Source: a virus (Duplodnaviria; Caudoviricetes). Taken from it: a DNA stretch of 59,036 nt. The notes under the pieces are model-generated. The model searched no databases and was not told where the DNA came from. It saw nothing but the letters and a program-made list of their open reading frames with translations. The DNA lies in the IMG/VR virus record IMGVR_UViG_3300032258_000001, positions 1-59,036 of that record; one strand, 5' to 3'. Shown in pieces: positions 20,000-29,414 of the stretch. The translations under genes were made by a program, and so were the position numbers. The first letter of the stretch is position 1. Every line of letters starts with the position of its first letter.

Positions 20000-20875
20000 T
20001 CACTTTTCGAAAAACTTCTCGCACACTTCGTTGAACTCCTTGTCGTGCTGCTGGGCCATGGCCTCCAGCACTGGTATAAGGTCAGCCCTGTCGAGCTCCC
20101 ATTTCGGGTCGACCTCGACCGGGTTGAATATCTCGCATTTGGCGAAACCGAACTGCTTCGCCACGAACTCGGACCTAATCTCGTTGACACGGGTGATGAA
20201 GTGCAGCAGTGGGAAAACCCAGTGCAGCCTCGACCAATGTCTAACCTTGCGCATATCCCGCTTTGTGGGCGGAAGACGGCCCGTGCCCAGCACCATGATC
20301 TCCATATCGCCATACTCGATACCCAGCTTATGGTGCAATGCCGCCGCAACTTCTGTTACCGGCATATTCGCCATCAGCCCGCCATCTACATAGCGTAGAA
20401 AAGGAGGAAAGTAGGTAGGTGCTGCGCTCGTGGCTCTGGCCACCGCCCACGCTTCTCGTTTATGGTCCTCATTCTTCGTCAACGTATCGAACACCTTCGG
20501 CTTGTCGTTCTCGAAGTCAATGGCAGGTATGACTATCGGTGCCTTCAGCTCCTTGAGAGTCATGGGCAGCAGAGTCTGCAACACCTGCTCGATGTCCTTG
20601 TTGTCGTACTTCGTCCTGAACGGATTCATACGCCACCACCAGGGCATCTTCGGAAAAGCCTTCTTGCCCAGTGTCTTGAAATCATGCAAGACGTTCTGGG
20701 CGCTGGTACCGCTGGCATAGGCCAGGGACAGTATCCCGCCTATAGATGTGCCAGCGAAACAATCAAATTTATCCAGCAGGTTCTCCTCTCTGAACCTGCC
20801 TGCCAGTAAAGCGGCCGGTATGGCGCCGAACACACCGCCACCAGCTACCACCAGAACTTTATAAGAGGAGCGCAT
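20000..20875 (-). CDS. patatin-like phospholipase
   Basis: Oxyanion 'GGGVFG', nucleophile 'GTSIG', 'ARATSAAPTYF', catalytic 'DGG'; likely start ATG 20875 just after the upstream stop. Confidence 0.92.
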   Translation of the reverse strand: MRSSYKVLVVAGGGVFGAIPAALLAGRFREENLLDKFDCFAGTSIGGILSLAYASGTSAQNVLHDFKTLGKKAFPKMPWWWRMNPFRTKYDNKDIEQVLQTLLPMTLKELKAPIVIPAIDFENDKPKVFDTLTKNEDHKREAWAVARATSAAPTYFPPFLRYVDGGLMANMPVTEVAAALHHKLGIEYGDMEIMVLGTGRLPPTKRDMRKVRHWSRLHWVFPLLHFITRVNEIRSEFVAKQFGFAKCEIFNPVEVDPKWELDRADLIPVLEAMAQQHDKEFNEVCEKFFEK

Positions 20876-20877
20876 GC

Positions 20878-21294
20878 TCAATGAGCCGCCAGGGCCTTGG
20901 ACACACACATGCCCTGACACTGCTGGGGCCTCACGGTTCTCTTGAAATCAATCATGGAGAAGAACTTCTTCAGGGGGCCTTTCTCCGGTACCATGATGTC
21001 GTTCGGAGCGATTATCTCCGCATGATGCTCTTTATCCAACTCTGCCACCAGCAACGGTATCTCCTTGGTCTCCGCCGCCGAGAACAACTCCCTTGGTGGG
21101 ATGCTGTAGTCGAGCTCTCTGTCACAGATGATCAGCGAGGCCTTTTCCTTGCCCTCGTAGATTTCGATCAACGCTTCCTGTACAGTGGGTACCTTCACGA
21201 TGAGGCACTCTCGGCTCTTTACCTGCTCGACAGCCCTTGCAAGCTTGTCGGCTTGCACTAGCCCACTGGTTACCCATATAATCTTAGTCATCAT
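20878..21294 (-). CDS. receiver (REC)-like domain protein, degenerate
   Basis: 138 aa; 'KIIWV...TVQEALIEI...SLIICDREL...EIPLLVA' follows the CheY-like pattern but lacks the N-terminal acidic pair. Confidence 0.45.
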   Translation of the reverse strand: MMTKIIWVTSGLVQADKLARAVEQVKSRECLIVKVPTVQEALIEIYEGKEKASLIICDRELDYSIPPRELFSAAETKEIPLLVAELDKEHHAEIIAPNDIMVPEKGPLKKFFSMIDFKRTVRPQQCQGMCVSKALAAH

Positions 21295-21836
21295 AGCAGT
21301 TTGTCTGTTACCTCCGCTTTTAGCGTTCTTACTTCGTCTTCGACGTATTTTTCAAGGCCCTCCGTATCGTTGAAGGTCAAGATACTCTCACGCATCTTGT
21401 CTTCCAGTGCCTTGAAGCTCTCTTTTGCAACGTACGACCCCGAAGGAGTTCCCTTATGCTTGAACTCGTCCAGGGTATCTTTTACCCGCAAAAACCCAGA
21501 ATCGAACACGCTCTCGAGGCACCACTGCCCTGGGGTGAAGGGTGGTTTGCCCGCCCGCACATAGTCCAGCAGGAATCTGCTGAGGGTAGCCTCGAAGTTT
21601 TGGTACGTTATAGATACGACCACCTTTATCTGTTGCGGAGAGTTATTACCCTCATACTGCCTCGAGATAGTGGTTACCTCCGTCTCTATCCTATCCAGCT
21701 TACCGGTATTATCCTTCTTGTCCTTACTACGAAAGAACATAATAAGACCGCCAGCAACCACGGTAAGAAACGAGAACCCGGCCGAAATGGCCTCTCCCAC
21801 GGATACCATAACCTGATTGTCGGGTACTTCGATCAT
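21291..21836 (-). CDS. single-pass membrane protein
   Basis: 181 aa; N-terminal hydrophobic helix 'AISAGFSFLTVVAGGLIMFF' followed by basic residues. Confidence 0.6.
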   Translation of the reverse strand: MIEVPDNQVMVSVGEAISAGFSFLTVVAGGLIMFFRSKDKKDNTGKLDRIETEVTTISRQYEGNNSPQQIKVVVSITYQNFEATLSRFLLDYVRAGKPPFTPGQWCLESVFDSGFLRVKDTLDEFKHKGTPSGSYVAKESFKALEDKMRESILTFNDTEGLEKYVEDEVRTLKAEVTDKLL

Positions 21837-21871
21837 TTTATTTCCTTTTTGTCATAATGCGCTCTTTACCT

Positions 21872-21901
21872 AAGATAGCATGAAACCACACTTTTATCCA
21901 C
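21872..21901 (-). promoter_or_regulatory. candidate phage promoter GTGGATA-N17-TATCTT
   Basis: Minus strand gTGGATA aaagtgtggtttcatgc TATCTTagg in the AT-rich intergenic gap; also has an extended -10 TG. Confidence 0.6.
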
Positions 21902-23610
21902 TAAGCATAGAAGTCGGGTGCGCGGTTCTTGGTTGCCATGTTGTTCGATTGGTAATGCAAGTCAACCGTGAACAGGAACGGATCGATGTTTCCGGCGTCC
22001 GCACTCAGATAGGTGCGGCACAGGATAAGCCCGTCAACCTCGATGGCAACACCACCGAGCTGGCCGCTACCGTCCGTAAGCTGCACCTCACTGACGACAT
22101 GCCCGTACTGAGGGACGTTTATCGCCGATGCATCGTGCGTAACCGTCTTGTTCGTCGTCGCCGGGAACGCGGCCGGGGTCGTGTCGTTACGCTTCTGGAA
22201 CGTGGCGTCGAAACCCCAGGTGATCGAATTGGCGGTATCCGCAGTGTCCAGGCCCCAGTGTGCGTGGATGTAGAGCTCACTGCCTGGGACATAATCATGG
22301 GGAATGTGGAACACGTGCCACACTTCGTCGCCGACGACATCAAATTGATATGCGCTGATGTTCGTGCGGAACACGGCCCAGGTCGGGGTATTAGATCCGC
22401 CCTTTACGCTGATGTCCGACGTGATGTCACGCCAGCCGAAAGATGGACTTGCTGGGTCTACCTTGATGCCGAGCCCGGACGTCTTCGGTAGGATAAGGCC
22501 AGTAGTTGCGTAGATGTTCGTTGCCTGGGCCTCTCCGTCTACGTCCAGTAGTTTAGCCGGAGTGCTCGTTCCGATACCCACACGATCTGTAGAAGCATCG
22601 GCGAAGAGTAGGTTAGGATCGGTATCGCCCTCGACGCGGAAGTCGCGGTCATTACCTGCTTCGTTGAAGACCGCACCGCCGTCTACGTTTAGCGTGGTGC
22701 CATCCCAAGTAAGCCTTGTCTCTGTAGTAAACTGACCCGCTGAACCATCGTAAAAGGCTATGGCATTGTGATTTTCTACACCATTCCAAAATGGGAAATA
22801 CCTTATTAGTTCGTCTATGTTATCGCCACTCGCGTTGGACGTGACACCACTTGTCTGCCCCGTAAGCACTTCGCCTGTGAGGAACGAGCCCGATGTTCTC
22901 TTCCATACGAGAACGGTTCCCGAACCTGAGTCGCTGACTACAGTTGCCATCTCTCCCGTCACGTTTCCTTCTATGATTTCGCCCGTTTGGTAAGTGCCAC
23001 CTGCTTGGTTGTTATATCCGATGCCTACGTTTCCATTGTGATTGGCGAATAGATCATTGGTCTCGTCCCATACGATGCCGACAGGAGAAAGACTACCGCG
23101 ATTGATCATCATGCCTGAGAATCGATCCGTCGTGCCAGCACCCGTTTCATCATCGTTCAGGTACAGCAGGGGGTCGTCCAGCTCCTGCCGGAACAGTTTG
23201 TATAGAGCAGCGTACTCGTTCTCGGTCAGCGTTTTGAACACAGTCCATGTGCCTGTGTGTTTCAACAGCTGCCCGTTACCTGCATTATAGACAATCCAGC
23301 CGTCCTCCGGCACGTAGAACTTCCATGCGCTGCCGTCCCACTCGGCTATATGGCCAGCGTGGCCTGCCCATGCATCCGTAGGAGGGTTATCCACCAAGTA
23401 CCGATCACCAAGTGTGGGGCTTCCCGGAGGCGTGGTCTGTTCTCCTAGCACCAAGTCCTGGAAGGACAGCTTCTTGAGATTTCCCAGTATCGCCCCGGAG
23501 TTGTCGTCACTGGCGTCGGGGGTGGTCGTTACGGTGACCTTGGAAAAGGTAGGCTCAGCCGCCGTGTCCAGGTCCTGGTCCATCTTCTGTGCGTGTCTGT
23601 TGTGACTCAT
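21901..23610 (-). CDS. fibre protein with DUF2793-like domain
   Basis: 'TTPPGSPTLGDRYLV...AWAGHAGHIAEWDGSAWKFYVPEDGWIVY' (DUF2793 pattern); 'RVGIGTSTPAKLLDVDG' fibre repeat. Confidence 0.7.
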   Translation of the reverse strand: MSHNRHAQKMDQDLDTAAEPTFSKVTVTTTPDASDDNSGAILGNLKKLSFQDLVLGEQTTPPGSPTLGDRYLVDNPPTDAWAGHAGHIAEWDGSAWKFYVPEDGWIVYNAGNGQLLKHTGTWTVFKTLTENEYAALYKLFRQELDDPLLYLNDDETGAGTTDRFSGMMINRGSLSPVGIVWDETNDLFANHNGNVGIGYNNQAGGTYQTGEIIEGNVTGEMATVVSDSGSGTVLVWKRTSGSFLTGEVLTGQTSGVTSNASGDNIDELIRYFPFWNGVENHNAIAFYDGSAGQFTTETRLTWDGTTLNVDGGAVFNEAGNDRDFRVEGDTDPNLLFADASTDRVGIGTSTPAKLLDVDGEAQATNIYATTGLILPKTSGLGIKVDPASPSFGWRDITSDISVKGGSNTPTWAVFRTNISAYQFDVVGDEVWHVFHIPHDYVPGSELYIHAHWGLDTADTANSITWGFDATFQKRNDTTPAAFPATTNKTVTHDASAINVPQYGHVVSEVQLTDGSGQLGGVAIEVDGLILCRTYLSADAGNIDPFLFTVDLHYQSNNMATKNRAPDFYA

Positions 23611-23620
23611 CTAGTACTCC

Positions 23621-25795
23621 TTATACATGTTCGCCATCGCGGAACTGCAATGCCTTAACGAGGAAGGATATGCCATAGATATTGCCAGGGCGGGCATCCG
23701 CTTCTATGTTAAGCCATAAGAGCTCTGCCGGGACGCCTGCGCCCTCCGTACCCTTGTCGGAAATGTCCAGCTCGAATTCGAATGTGGTCTGTTCACCGGC
23801 CGTCATTGTCTTGGTGACGGAGTCGCTCACCTCTCCTGTTGTTGACGTCGGGTCTGTTGTGCTGATCGTGTCTCCGTCAACACTCGAGTTAAGCCAGGCT
23901 ATCATGGTCAGGTCGTCAGTGGTGGGTGTGCCTGTACCCGCTGAAGAAACTACGATAACTTCAACCTTCAGCGGAGCGGAAGTGTCCACCCATCGCGGAA
24001 GCGGGAAGGCCGCGCCGACGCTGTCGCCGTCACTGTTGAAGTTGTTGTTGATGAACCCTGCCTTGCAGTTCGTACTGCGCCACAGGTCCTGGTCCGTCAG
24101 AGCGCCCCCGACGTCCTGGAAGCTGTTCCAGAACACCGGTATGCCGACATAGGCCCTGGCCTTGCCGAACATCTCGCGATAGCCGTCCGAATTGAGTTCC
24201 GTACGGTCGGTATGCAGTTTGATCTGCTCGAACGTCGGCGGAGTGGTTATCGTGGCCGTCGTGATGCGGAAGCGTATCCAGTAATAGTTCGTTCCAAGCG
24301 ACGGCGGGTCGTTCCTGGCCCAGTCGGAGTCTATCCGCGGGTCGAAGGTCATCTGGTAGCTGCCAGCCGCCGCGGTGAACTTGGCGCCGTCCTGGCGATA
24401 GTACGGAACGCTGCTCTGGCAGGTCATGGTGTTGAACGCCGTCCACGCCGAGCCGTCCCAGTATTCCGCCACCATGTCGCCTGAGCCGAGAACGGCAGCG
24501 ACTGTGGTGAGGAACTTGATGCCGAAGAACCGATGGTAGTCCGACGCCGAGATGGGAACCCTGGAGCCCAGGTACAGGGCGTCGTCGACGTCCGAACCCA
24601 TAGGGACCGTGCTGCCGTCAGGACTGGACGCTTCTGTAGTCCAGTCCGTGTAGGACGTGAGTCCGTCGTCGTAGGTGTAAACCAGCATGCCATTGACGTA
24701 GCTGTCGCCGCCGCCGAAGGCTGATTCACGCGGGAAGCCTGGTGACCCTACATGCAGTTCCGCCAGCGTCGTCCATGACTCGTCTCCAGGGACCAGGCTC
24801 AGGAAGCTCGCCTGGAGGACGGCCTCGGGGCTGATGGCGAAGGTGTCGGGGTTGGTGATACCGAATCCGCGGGAGATCGTCCCTGCACCGGCCTGGTAGT
24901 TGGCGACGGTGTTCTCGAGCATACCTGCGTTGTACCCCTCGAAGATGCTGCCGCTGCCGGTGTTGTCCACGCCATAATCGTTCTCGTTGAAGATGCCGGC
25001 ACGTACAACGAGCTTCCCGCCTGACTCTACGAACGCGCCCTTGGTGGCCAGCTTGACTGCGACTTCGTTGGCGTCCAGCTCCGCGGAATTGGAGCAGCGG
25101 ATGCCGTTTACGACACCGTCCTCTTCGGAGAACAGCCCGAGGACATGGACATGCGTCCCGGACCCGGTCGCCCAGACCAGGTCGGTAAGCGCCGCCGCGC
25201 CGCCGGTTCTGACGTTGTAGATCACCGCGTCGCCAGCCTCAACCTTGATGCCGACCGCCATGGCCTGGCTGAACGGCAGGAACACGGGCTGCCTTACGGT
25301 AACCCTGGCGCTGGCGTTGTTGACGCGCAGACAGCTCGTGACGTTGATGAAGGACACGTCGTCGACGATGTAGCTTCCCGCTACGTCGATGTCGATGGCG
25401 TAGGCCGACGACAGGTGGTTCTGGATGGCCACGTTCCGGATCTTGGCTCCGGAAGTCAGGAAAACGGCTTCCTGGGTCGTGTTGCCCGTGTAGTCCAGTA
25501 TGACGCCGTTAGTCAGTCCCTGCAGCGATACGTACGCCGGAACGGACAGCACATTGTCACCGATGCTGTGCACGCCCGGGTTAAGGTAGACGGCATAGGG
25601 CTTCGACAGGCTTGAATCCGTTATGGTAGCCAGGGCGGCTGCAATGTCGTCGCCTACGCTCAGCCACAATGCCTGCACATTGAGACCGACCTCGGGGGCT
25701 TCGCCGCCACCGGGCGTCTGTACCTTTACGAACGTCGGGGAAGCGGTGCTGCCGACGTCCTGGTCCATCTTCTGTGCAAAATCATTGTGGCTCAT
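23621..25795 (-). CDS. tailspike-like protein with right-handed beta-helix (pectin-lyase fold)
   Basis: 724 aa; 'IAAALATITDSSLSKPYAVYLNPGVH...VPAYVSLQG' is the typical cap preceding a beta-helix, followed by beta-repeats. Confidence 0.65.
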   Translation of the reverse strand: MSHNDFAQKMDQDVGSTASPTFVKVQTPGGGEAPEVGLNVQALWLSVGDDIAAALATITDSSLSKPYAVYLNPGVHSIGDNVLSVPAYVSLQGLTNGVILDYTGNTTQEAVFLTSGAKIRNVAIQNHLSSAYAIDIDVAGSYIVDDVSFINVTSCLRVNNASARVTVRQPVFLPFSQAMAVGIKVEAGDAVIYNVRTGGAAALTDLVWATGSGTHVHVLGLFSEEDGVVNGIRCSNSAELDANEVAVKLATKGAFVESGGKLVVRAGIFNENDYGVDNTGSGSIFEGYNAGMLENTVANYQAGAGTISRGFGITNPDTFAISPEAVLQASFLSLVPGDESWTTLAELHVGSPGFPRESAFGGGDSYVNGMLVYTYDDGLTSYTDWTTEASSPDGSTVPMGSDVDDALYLGSRVPISASDYHRFFGIKFLTTVAAVLGSGDMVAEYWDGSAWTAFNTMTCQSSVPYYRQDGAKFTAAAGSYQMTFDPRIDSDWARNDPPSLGTNYYWIRFRITTATITTPPTFEQIKLHTDRTELNSDGYREMFGKARAYVGIPVFWNSFQDVGGALTDQDLWRSTNCKAGFINNNFNSDGDSVGAAFPLPRWVDTSAPLKVEVIVVSSAGTGTPTTDDLTMIAWLNSSVDGDTISTTDPTSTTGEVSDSVTKTMTAGEQTTFEFELDISDKGTEGAGVPAELLWLNIEADARPGNIYGISFLVKALQFRDGEHV

Positions 25796-25797
25796 TA

Positions 25798-26109
25798 TTA
25801 AATCTCCTCTGGCGGTGCCGGGAAGTCCTCGCTGGTAAGTTCCCGAATGTCTTGTCCGAAAGCGGAAAGGAAGGCATCACGGTCTTCCTGGGGGACGCCG
25901 ATGTAGTCCAGGCGTTCGGTGGGGATGCGGGGCACGGCCCACTCGCCGCTGGCCATCTCAGTGGGGCCTTCGCACCACTTGGTGGTCTGGCAGGCCGTGG
26001 GGTCCGGAACGCCATTGCGGAGTCCTACGATGGGGAACCAGTCGGTCCCGTTGATGGCTGTGACGCAGGCGTCTCCTTCTGCCTCTGTTGCAAATACATA
26101 ATATTCCAT
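25798..26109 (-). CDS. small hypothetical protein (possible fibre chaperone)
   Basis: 103 aa with a GGAG RBS, in the fibre cluster. Confidence 0.5.
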   Translation of the reverse strand: MEYYVFATEAEGDACVTAINGTDWFPIVGLRNGVPDPTACQTTKWCEGPTEMASGEWAVPRIPTERLDYIGVPQEDRDAFLSAFGQDIRELTSEDFPAPPEEI

Positions 26110-26119
26110 GATGTGTCTC

Positions 26120-26941
26120 CTATGAGTTTAAGTAAGGTGGTGTTGTTTTGTACGGGTGGCCACCTGGAAGGTTTGCGTCCAGGCCCCACTTGTGGGCAAG
26201 GTAGCCTTCAACCTTTTGGCGCGTCGCATCATCAGCCTGATTAAGAACTACCATCTCGCCAAGATTGGTTACTATCTTAGAATAGTAAAAACCATCAACA
26301 TCACGATAATAGGCTCCGACTCTAAACGTGTCTTCCACGACATTAACCGGCCTCGACGAGAAAAATATTCTGGTAAATTCCGTTCCGTTCTCGAATATCT
26401 TCGCATCTGTAATATCGGCAGAAGCGGCTCTTTGACTAGAGTAGAGATAGCCTTCCTCAGCCCCGGGAATCGTAAGAACCGGATCATAGTAAACGTAGGT
26501 TGAGTAGTAATACCGAAGGCCGCTGTTCGAAGTCGCTCCCATAACAACTCCGCCAGGAGCCTGCTGATCATCACCTAGCTGGCATATCGTCCTGGGGCCT
26601 GTCTGCGCCGGACCTTTCGTGAGAGCCGCAACTACTGTAAGAGCGTTGTCCCCGGTAAGCCCGAACCCACTCATTTCGAGATAGTTGGCACCGTTGAAAT
26701 ATAAGGCATTCTTGCCTCCTAAAACAACTGTTTTGTTAGCCAGGGGTTGGAGTCCGCCACCCACTTGAGCCAAGTGTCGATCGTTTCCACTCTTGTCGTC
26801 CCATTGGGATACGAATCCGCCGGTTTCAACGATAGTAGAGAGGTCGTCTGCATCGTACCATGCATGGGTCGCCATTACAGCTGGAGTCCACAGGAACGGC
26901 TTTCGTGCGTTATTACTACTGTCTACTATATTCGTGCTCAT
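26120..26941 (-). CDS. LamG/concanavalin-like receptor-binding domain protein (1 repeat)
   Basis: 'AWYDADD...VSQWDDKSGN...KVEGYLAHKWGL..LPGGHPYK'. Confidence 0.7.
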   Translation of the reverse strand: MSTNIVDSSNNARKPFLWTPAVMATHAWYDADDLSTIVETGGFVSQWDDKSGNDRHLAQVGGGLQPLANKTVVLGGKNALYFNGANYLEMSGFGLTGDNALTVVAALTKGPAQTGPRTICQLGDDQQAPGGVVMGATSNSGLRYYYSTYVYYDPVLTIPGAEEGYLYSSQRAASADITDAKIFENGTEFTRIFFSSRPVNVVEDTFRVGAYYRDVDGFYYSKIVTNLGEMVVLNQADDATRQKVEGYLAHKWGLDANLPGGHPYKTTPPYLNS

Positions 26942-27141
26942 GATCCGATCCTCGTGATGCGTTCCACCTTGACGTTGTCAACGACGGCACTGTCGGTAGC
27001 GCCGGCGATGGCCACGACGATGTCGTATCCGGCCTTGGCGGCGTCAAACCAGGCCGCTGTTGTGATTTCAGCAGGTGTCCAGATCGGTGTATTACGCCTG
27101 ACTCCAGGTAAACTATCATGCTTTATTATGCTCTTGCTCAT
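26938..27141 (-). pseudogene. chimeric deletion remnant of fibre-cluster genes
   Basis: 67 aa; N half 'WTPAEITTAAWFDAA' is the start of the LamG-like repeat; C half 'DIVVAIAGATDSAVVDNVKVERI' matches the end of ORF 33193..33828 ('DLAVVIDGATGYGVVDNVKLERI'). Confidence 0.6.
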
Positions 27142-27150
27142 CGTAAACTC

Positions 27151-29400
27151 CTATGCCGTCGGTGGACTGAATCTGTACGGGTGCGTTGACGGCAGCTGGC
27201 TTACCAATCCCCACTTATGGGCCAGGTAGCCCTCTACTTTTTGTTTGTCATCCAAGCTCAATTCAGTATCAAACCATAACAGTTCACCAAGTTTATAGAA
27301 CTGAGTTGGACCCACATCTAAGTCCGCTCTCCCCATTATCCTATTGAGGGCAAAAGAGTTGGTTGAAACCATCTCAATAACGTTGGCTCCAGTTCGGACT
27401 GCCGTATCTGAATGTCCTGTTGCAACTGCACTGTCAGAACCACCATTGAGGCTATATTTTCCTGTGTTAGTTCCAAGACCATCAAAGGATGTCTGTGTAT
27501 CATCCCATCTCACAAACTCTTCTGGGCCACCGCTATCGATATTTCCAAACATCATAATCTTGTTTGGTGAACTAGGCTCGACAGAAACGTCATATACAGC
27601 AAAACATGATTTGACCGTATCGGCATTAGCCACAGCCATATCAGCAGAACCTTCGACAGCATTGCCTGTTAGAACATTGAGTCCATTGATCGTGGCGTTA
27701 CCCGTTAATGGCTGATTTGCTCCTGCACCCTGTGTAGCGTGGTTACCGTTACCACTCTTGTCATCCCATTGACTGACCGCACCGGCGGTTTCAGTGATTG
27801 TGTCTGCATCAGCAGCATCATACCACGCAGACGTGGTGAGCTGACTTGGCTCCCACATGTTCACGCCGGATTTGTTCTTTGTGGGCGGTACGTGGCGGTA
27901 GGGATGGTTCAGCGGCAGGTTGGCCGTGAGGCCCCACTTGTGGGCGAGGTACCCTTCAATGCGTTGCCGGGTTGCCTGCGAGCAGTCTTCAACAATAATG
28001 ACCTCTCCGTATTTACCTGTAAACTTCTTCGTGAGTCCCGAGTTGATTCCGAGCAGGAACGTGCAGGGTGTATCCAGCTTCGTCGTATACGCCCCATCCG
28101 GTGTTCGCTTGACACCATCAACGAAGGCATTGCTGATGCTACTGTCCCAGTCAAAGTTCACATTGAACAGGCGGAAACCCGTTCCATTATAAGGGCCGCC
28201 AGTAAGGTCATTACTGGCACCGACACCTCTTACAGCCAGACGTCCGTCCCAGCTTCCAAATGTTTTTGAGATTAGGTTAAAGTCATTCGGAGTCGTACCG
28301 AGTGTACCGAACATACCGTCAAAGTTGCTGTTAGATGCGTCAAATTCTGTGACTGAAAAGACGGCGAAGTTACCCGAAGTAGGTATGGGGAACGAGGTCT
28401 TCTCCATATAGTCGCTATTTGCTACGAGTACATTTAGACCGTTCTGTGTGTCTACGCCTGTGGCGAATTGATCTGTTCCGACTGCCTGTACGAGGTGCTC
28501 GTCATCACCACTCTTATCATCCCACTGGGATACCGCACCGGCGGTTTCGGCTATAGTGTCTGCATCAGCGGCGTCATACCAAGCAGTGGTTTTGATGTCG
28601 CTTGGCAGCCAGAGCTGCTCCTGCTGGACGGCTTGTGTCGGTGGGTTCAGCTTGTAGGGGTGGTCGTAGGGGAGCTGCGCTTCCAGGCCCCACTTGTGGG
28701 CAAGGTAGCCCTCGATGCGCTTACGGGTGTCATCAGATACATCTTTCGTTAGGATAATCTCACCAATATCTCCTTGGAGAAAGTTTCCAGTGAACGCACC
28801 TATTCTAAGTTCTGTTGCACCGAACGCACCAGTATATGGGGCATCACTTGATGGTGTTCCTCCGTTTACACGCACTCTGCCGCCCACGCTGTCATATACC
28901 ATACCACCAATAAACGGTTCACCATAAGTTATATCTACAGTTCCACTACTTGTACTGTTTCGTGTAACCCTAATATTTTCATTTGTAGCTCCTCTCAAAA
29001 AAGCTACACCAAGAGGGTCACTGAAGTCAGTACCTCCAGCATTAAGACCAACTATCCTCGCACCTCCAAATGATCCATTTTCCATCGTACAGACTGCTAC
29101 AATCTGCACGTCTGGGTCTGTCAATGAGAAAGAAGTGGATACCATTAAGTCGTCAATTCCATCAAACTGTAGGGCATTGAGACCGTTTATTGCCCCTATC
29201 GTTGGCTGTGCGGAACCTGTTCCTTGAGCCACATTGTATCCGTTGCCGCTCTTGTCATTCCATTGGCTTACGGCACCGCCAGTCTCGGCGATTGTATCGC
29301 TGTCCGCGGCATCATACCAGGCTGCTGTCTGAATAGCGGCAGGCGTCCACTTCTTGAACTTGGTGGCGTTACTTATACGTTTTATCAGTGACTTTGCCAT
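27151..29400 (-). CDS. protein with three tandem LamG-like 'EGYLAHKWGL' domains
   Basis: 749 aa; three ~245-aa units, each AWYDAAD...SQW.DKSG ... EGYLAHKWGL...LP..HPY...PP. Confidence 0.8.
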   Translation of the reverse strand: MAKSLIKRISNATKFKKWTPAAIQTAAWYDAADSDTIAETGGAVSQWNDKSGNGYNVAQGTGSAQPTIGAINGLNALQFDGIDDLMVSTSFSLTDPDVQIVAVCTMENGSFGGARIVGLNAGGTDFSDPLGVAFLRGATNENIRVTRNSTSSGTVDITYGEPFIGGMVYDSVGGRVRVNGGTPSSDAPYTGAFGATELRIGAFTGNFLQGDIGEIILTKDVSDDTRKRIEGYLAHKWGLEAQLPYDHPYKLNPPTQAVQQEQLWLPSDIKTTAWYDAADADTIAETAGAVSQWDDKSGDDEHLVQAVGTDQFATGVDTQNGLNVLVANSDYMEKTSFPIPTSGNFAVFSVTEFDASNSNFDGMFGTLGTTPNDFNLISKTFGSWDGRLAVRGVGASNDLTGGPYNGTGFRLFNVNFDWDSSISNAFVDGVKRTPDGAYTTKLDTPCTFLLGINSGLTKKFTGKYGEVIIVEDCSQATRQRIEGYLAHKWGLTANLPLNHPYRHVPPTKNKSGVNMWEPSQLTTSAWYDAADADTITETAGAVSQWDDKSGNGNHATQGAGANQPLTGNATINGLNVLTGNAVEGSADMAVANADTVKSCFAVYDVSVEPSSPNKIMMFGNIDSGGPEEFVRWDDTQTSFDGLGTNTGKYSLNGGSDSAVATGHSDTAVRTGANVIEMVSTNSFALNRIMGRADLDVGPTQFYKLGELLWFDTELSLDDKQKVEGYLAHKWGLVSQLPSTHPYRFSPPTA

Positions 29401-29414
29401 AAGGCGTTACCTCC

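Noticed and set aside
20000-20875. CBASS system (CapV effector)
   Set aside because: No CD-NTase or Cap2/Cap3 gene nearby; only the patatin fold is supported.
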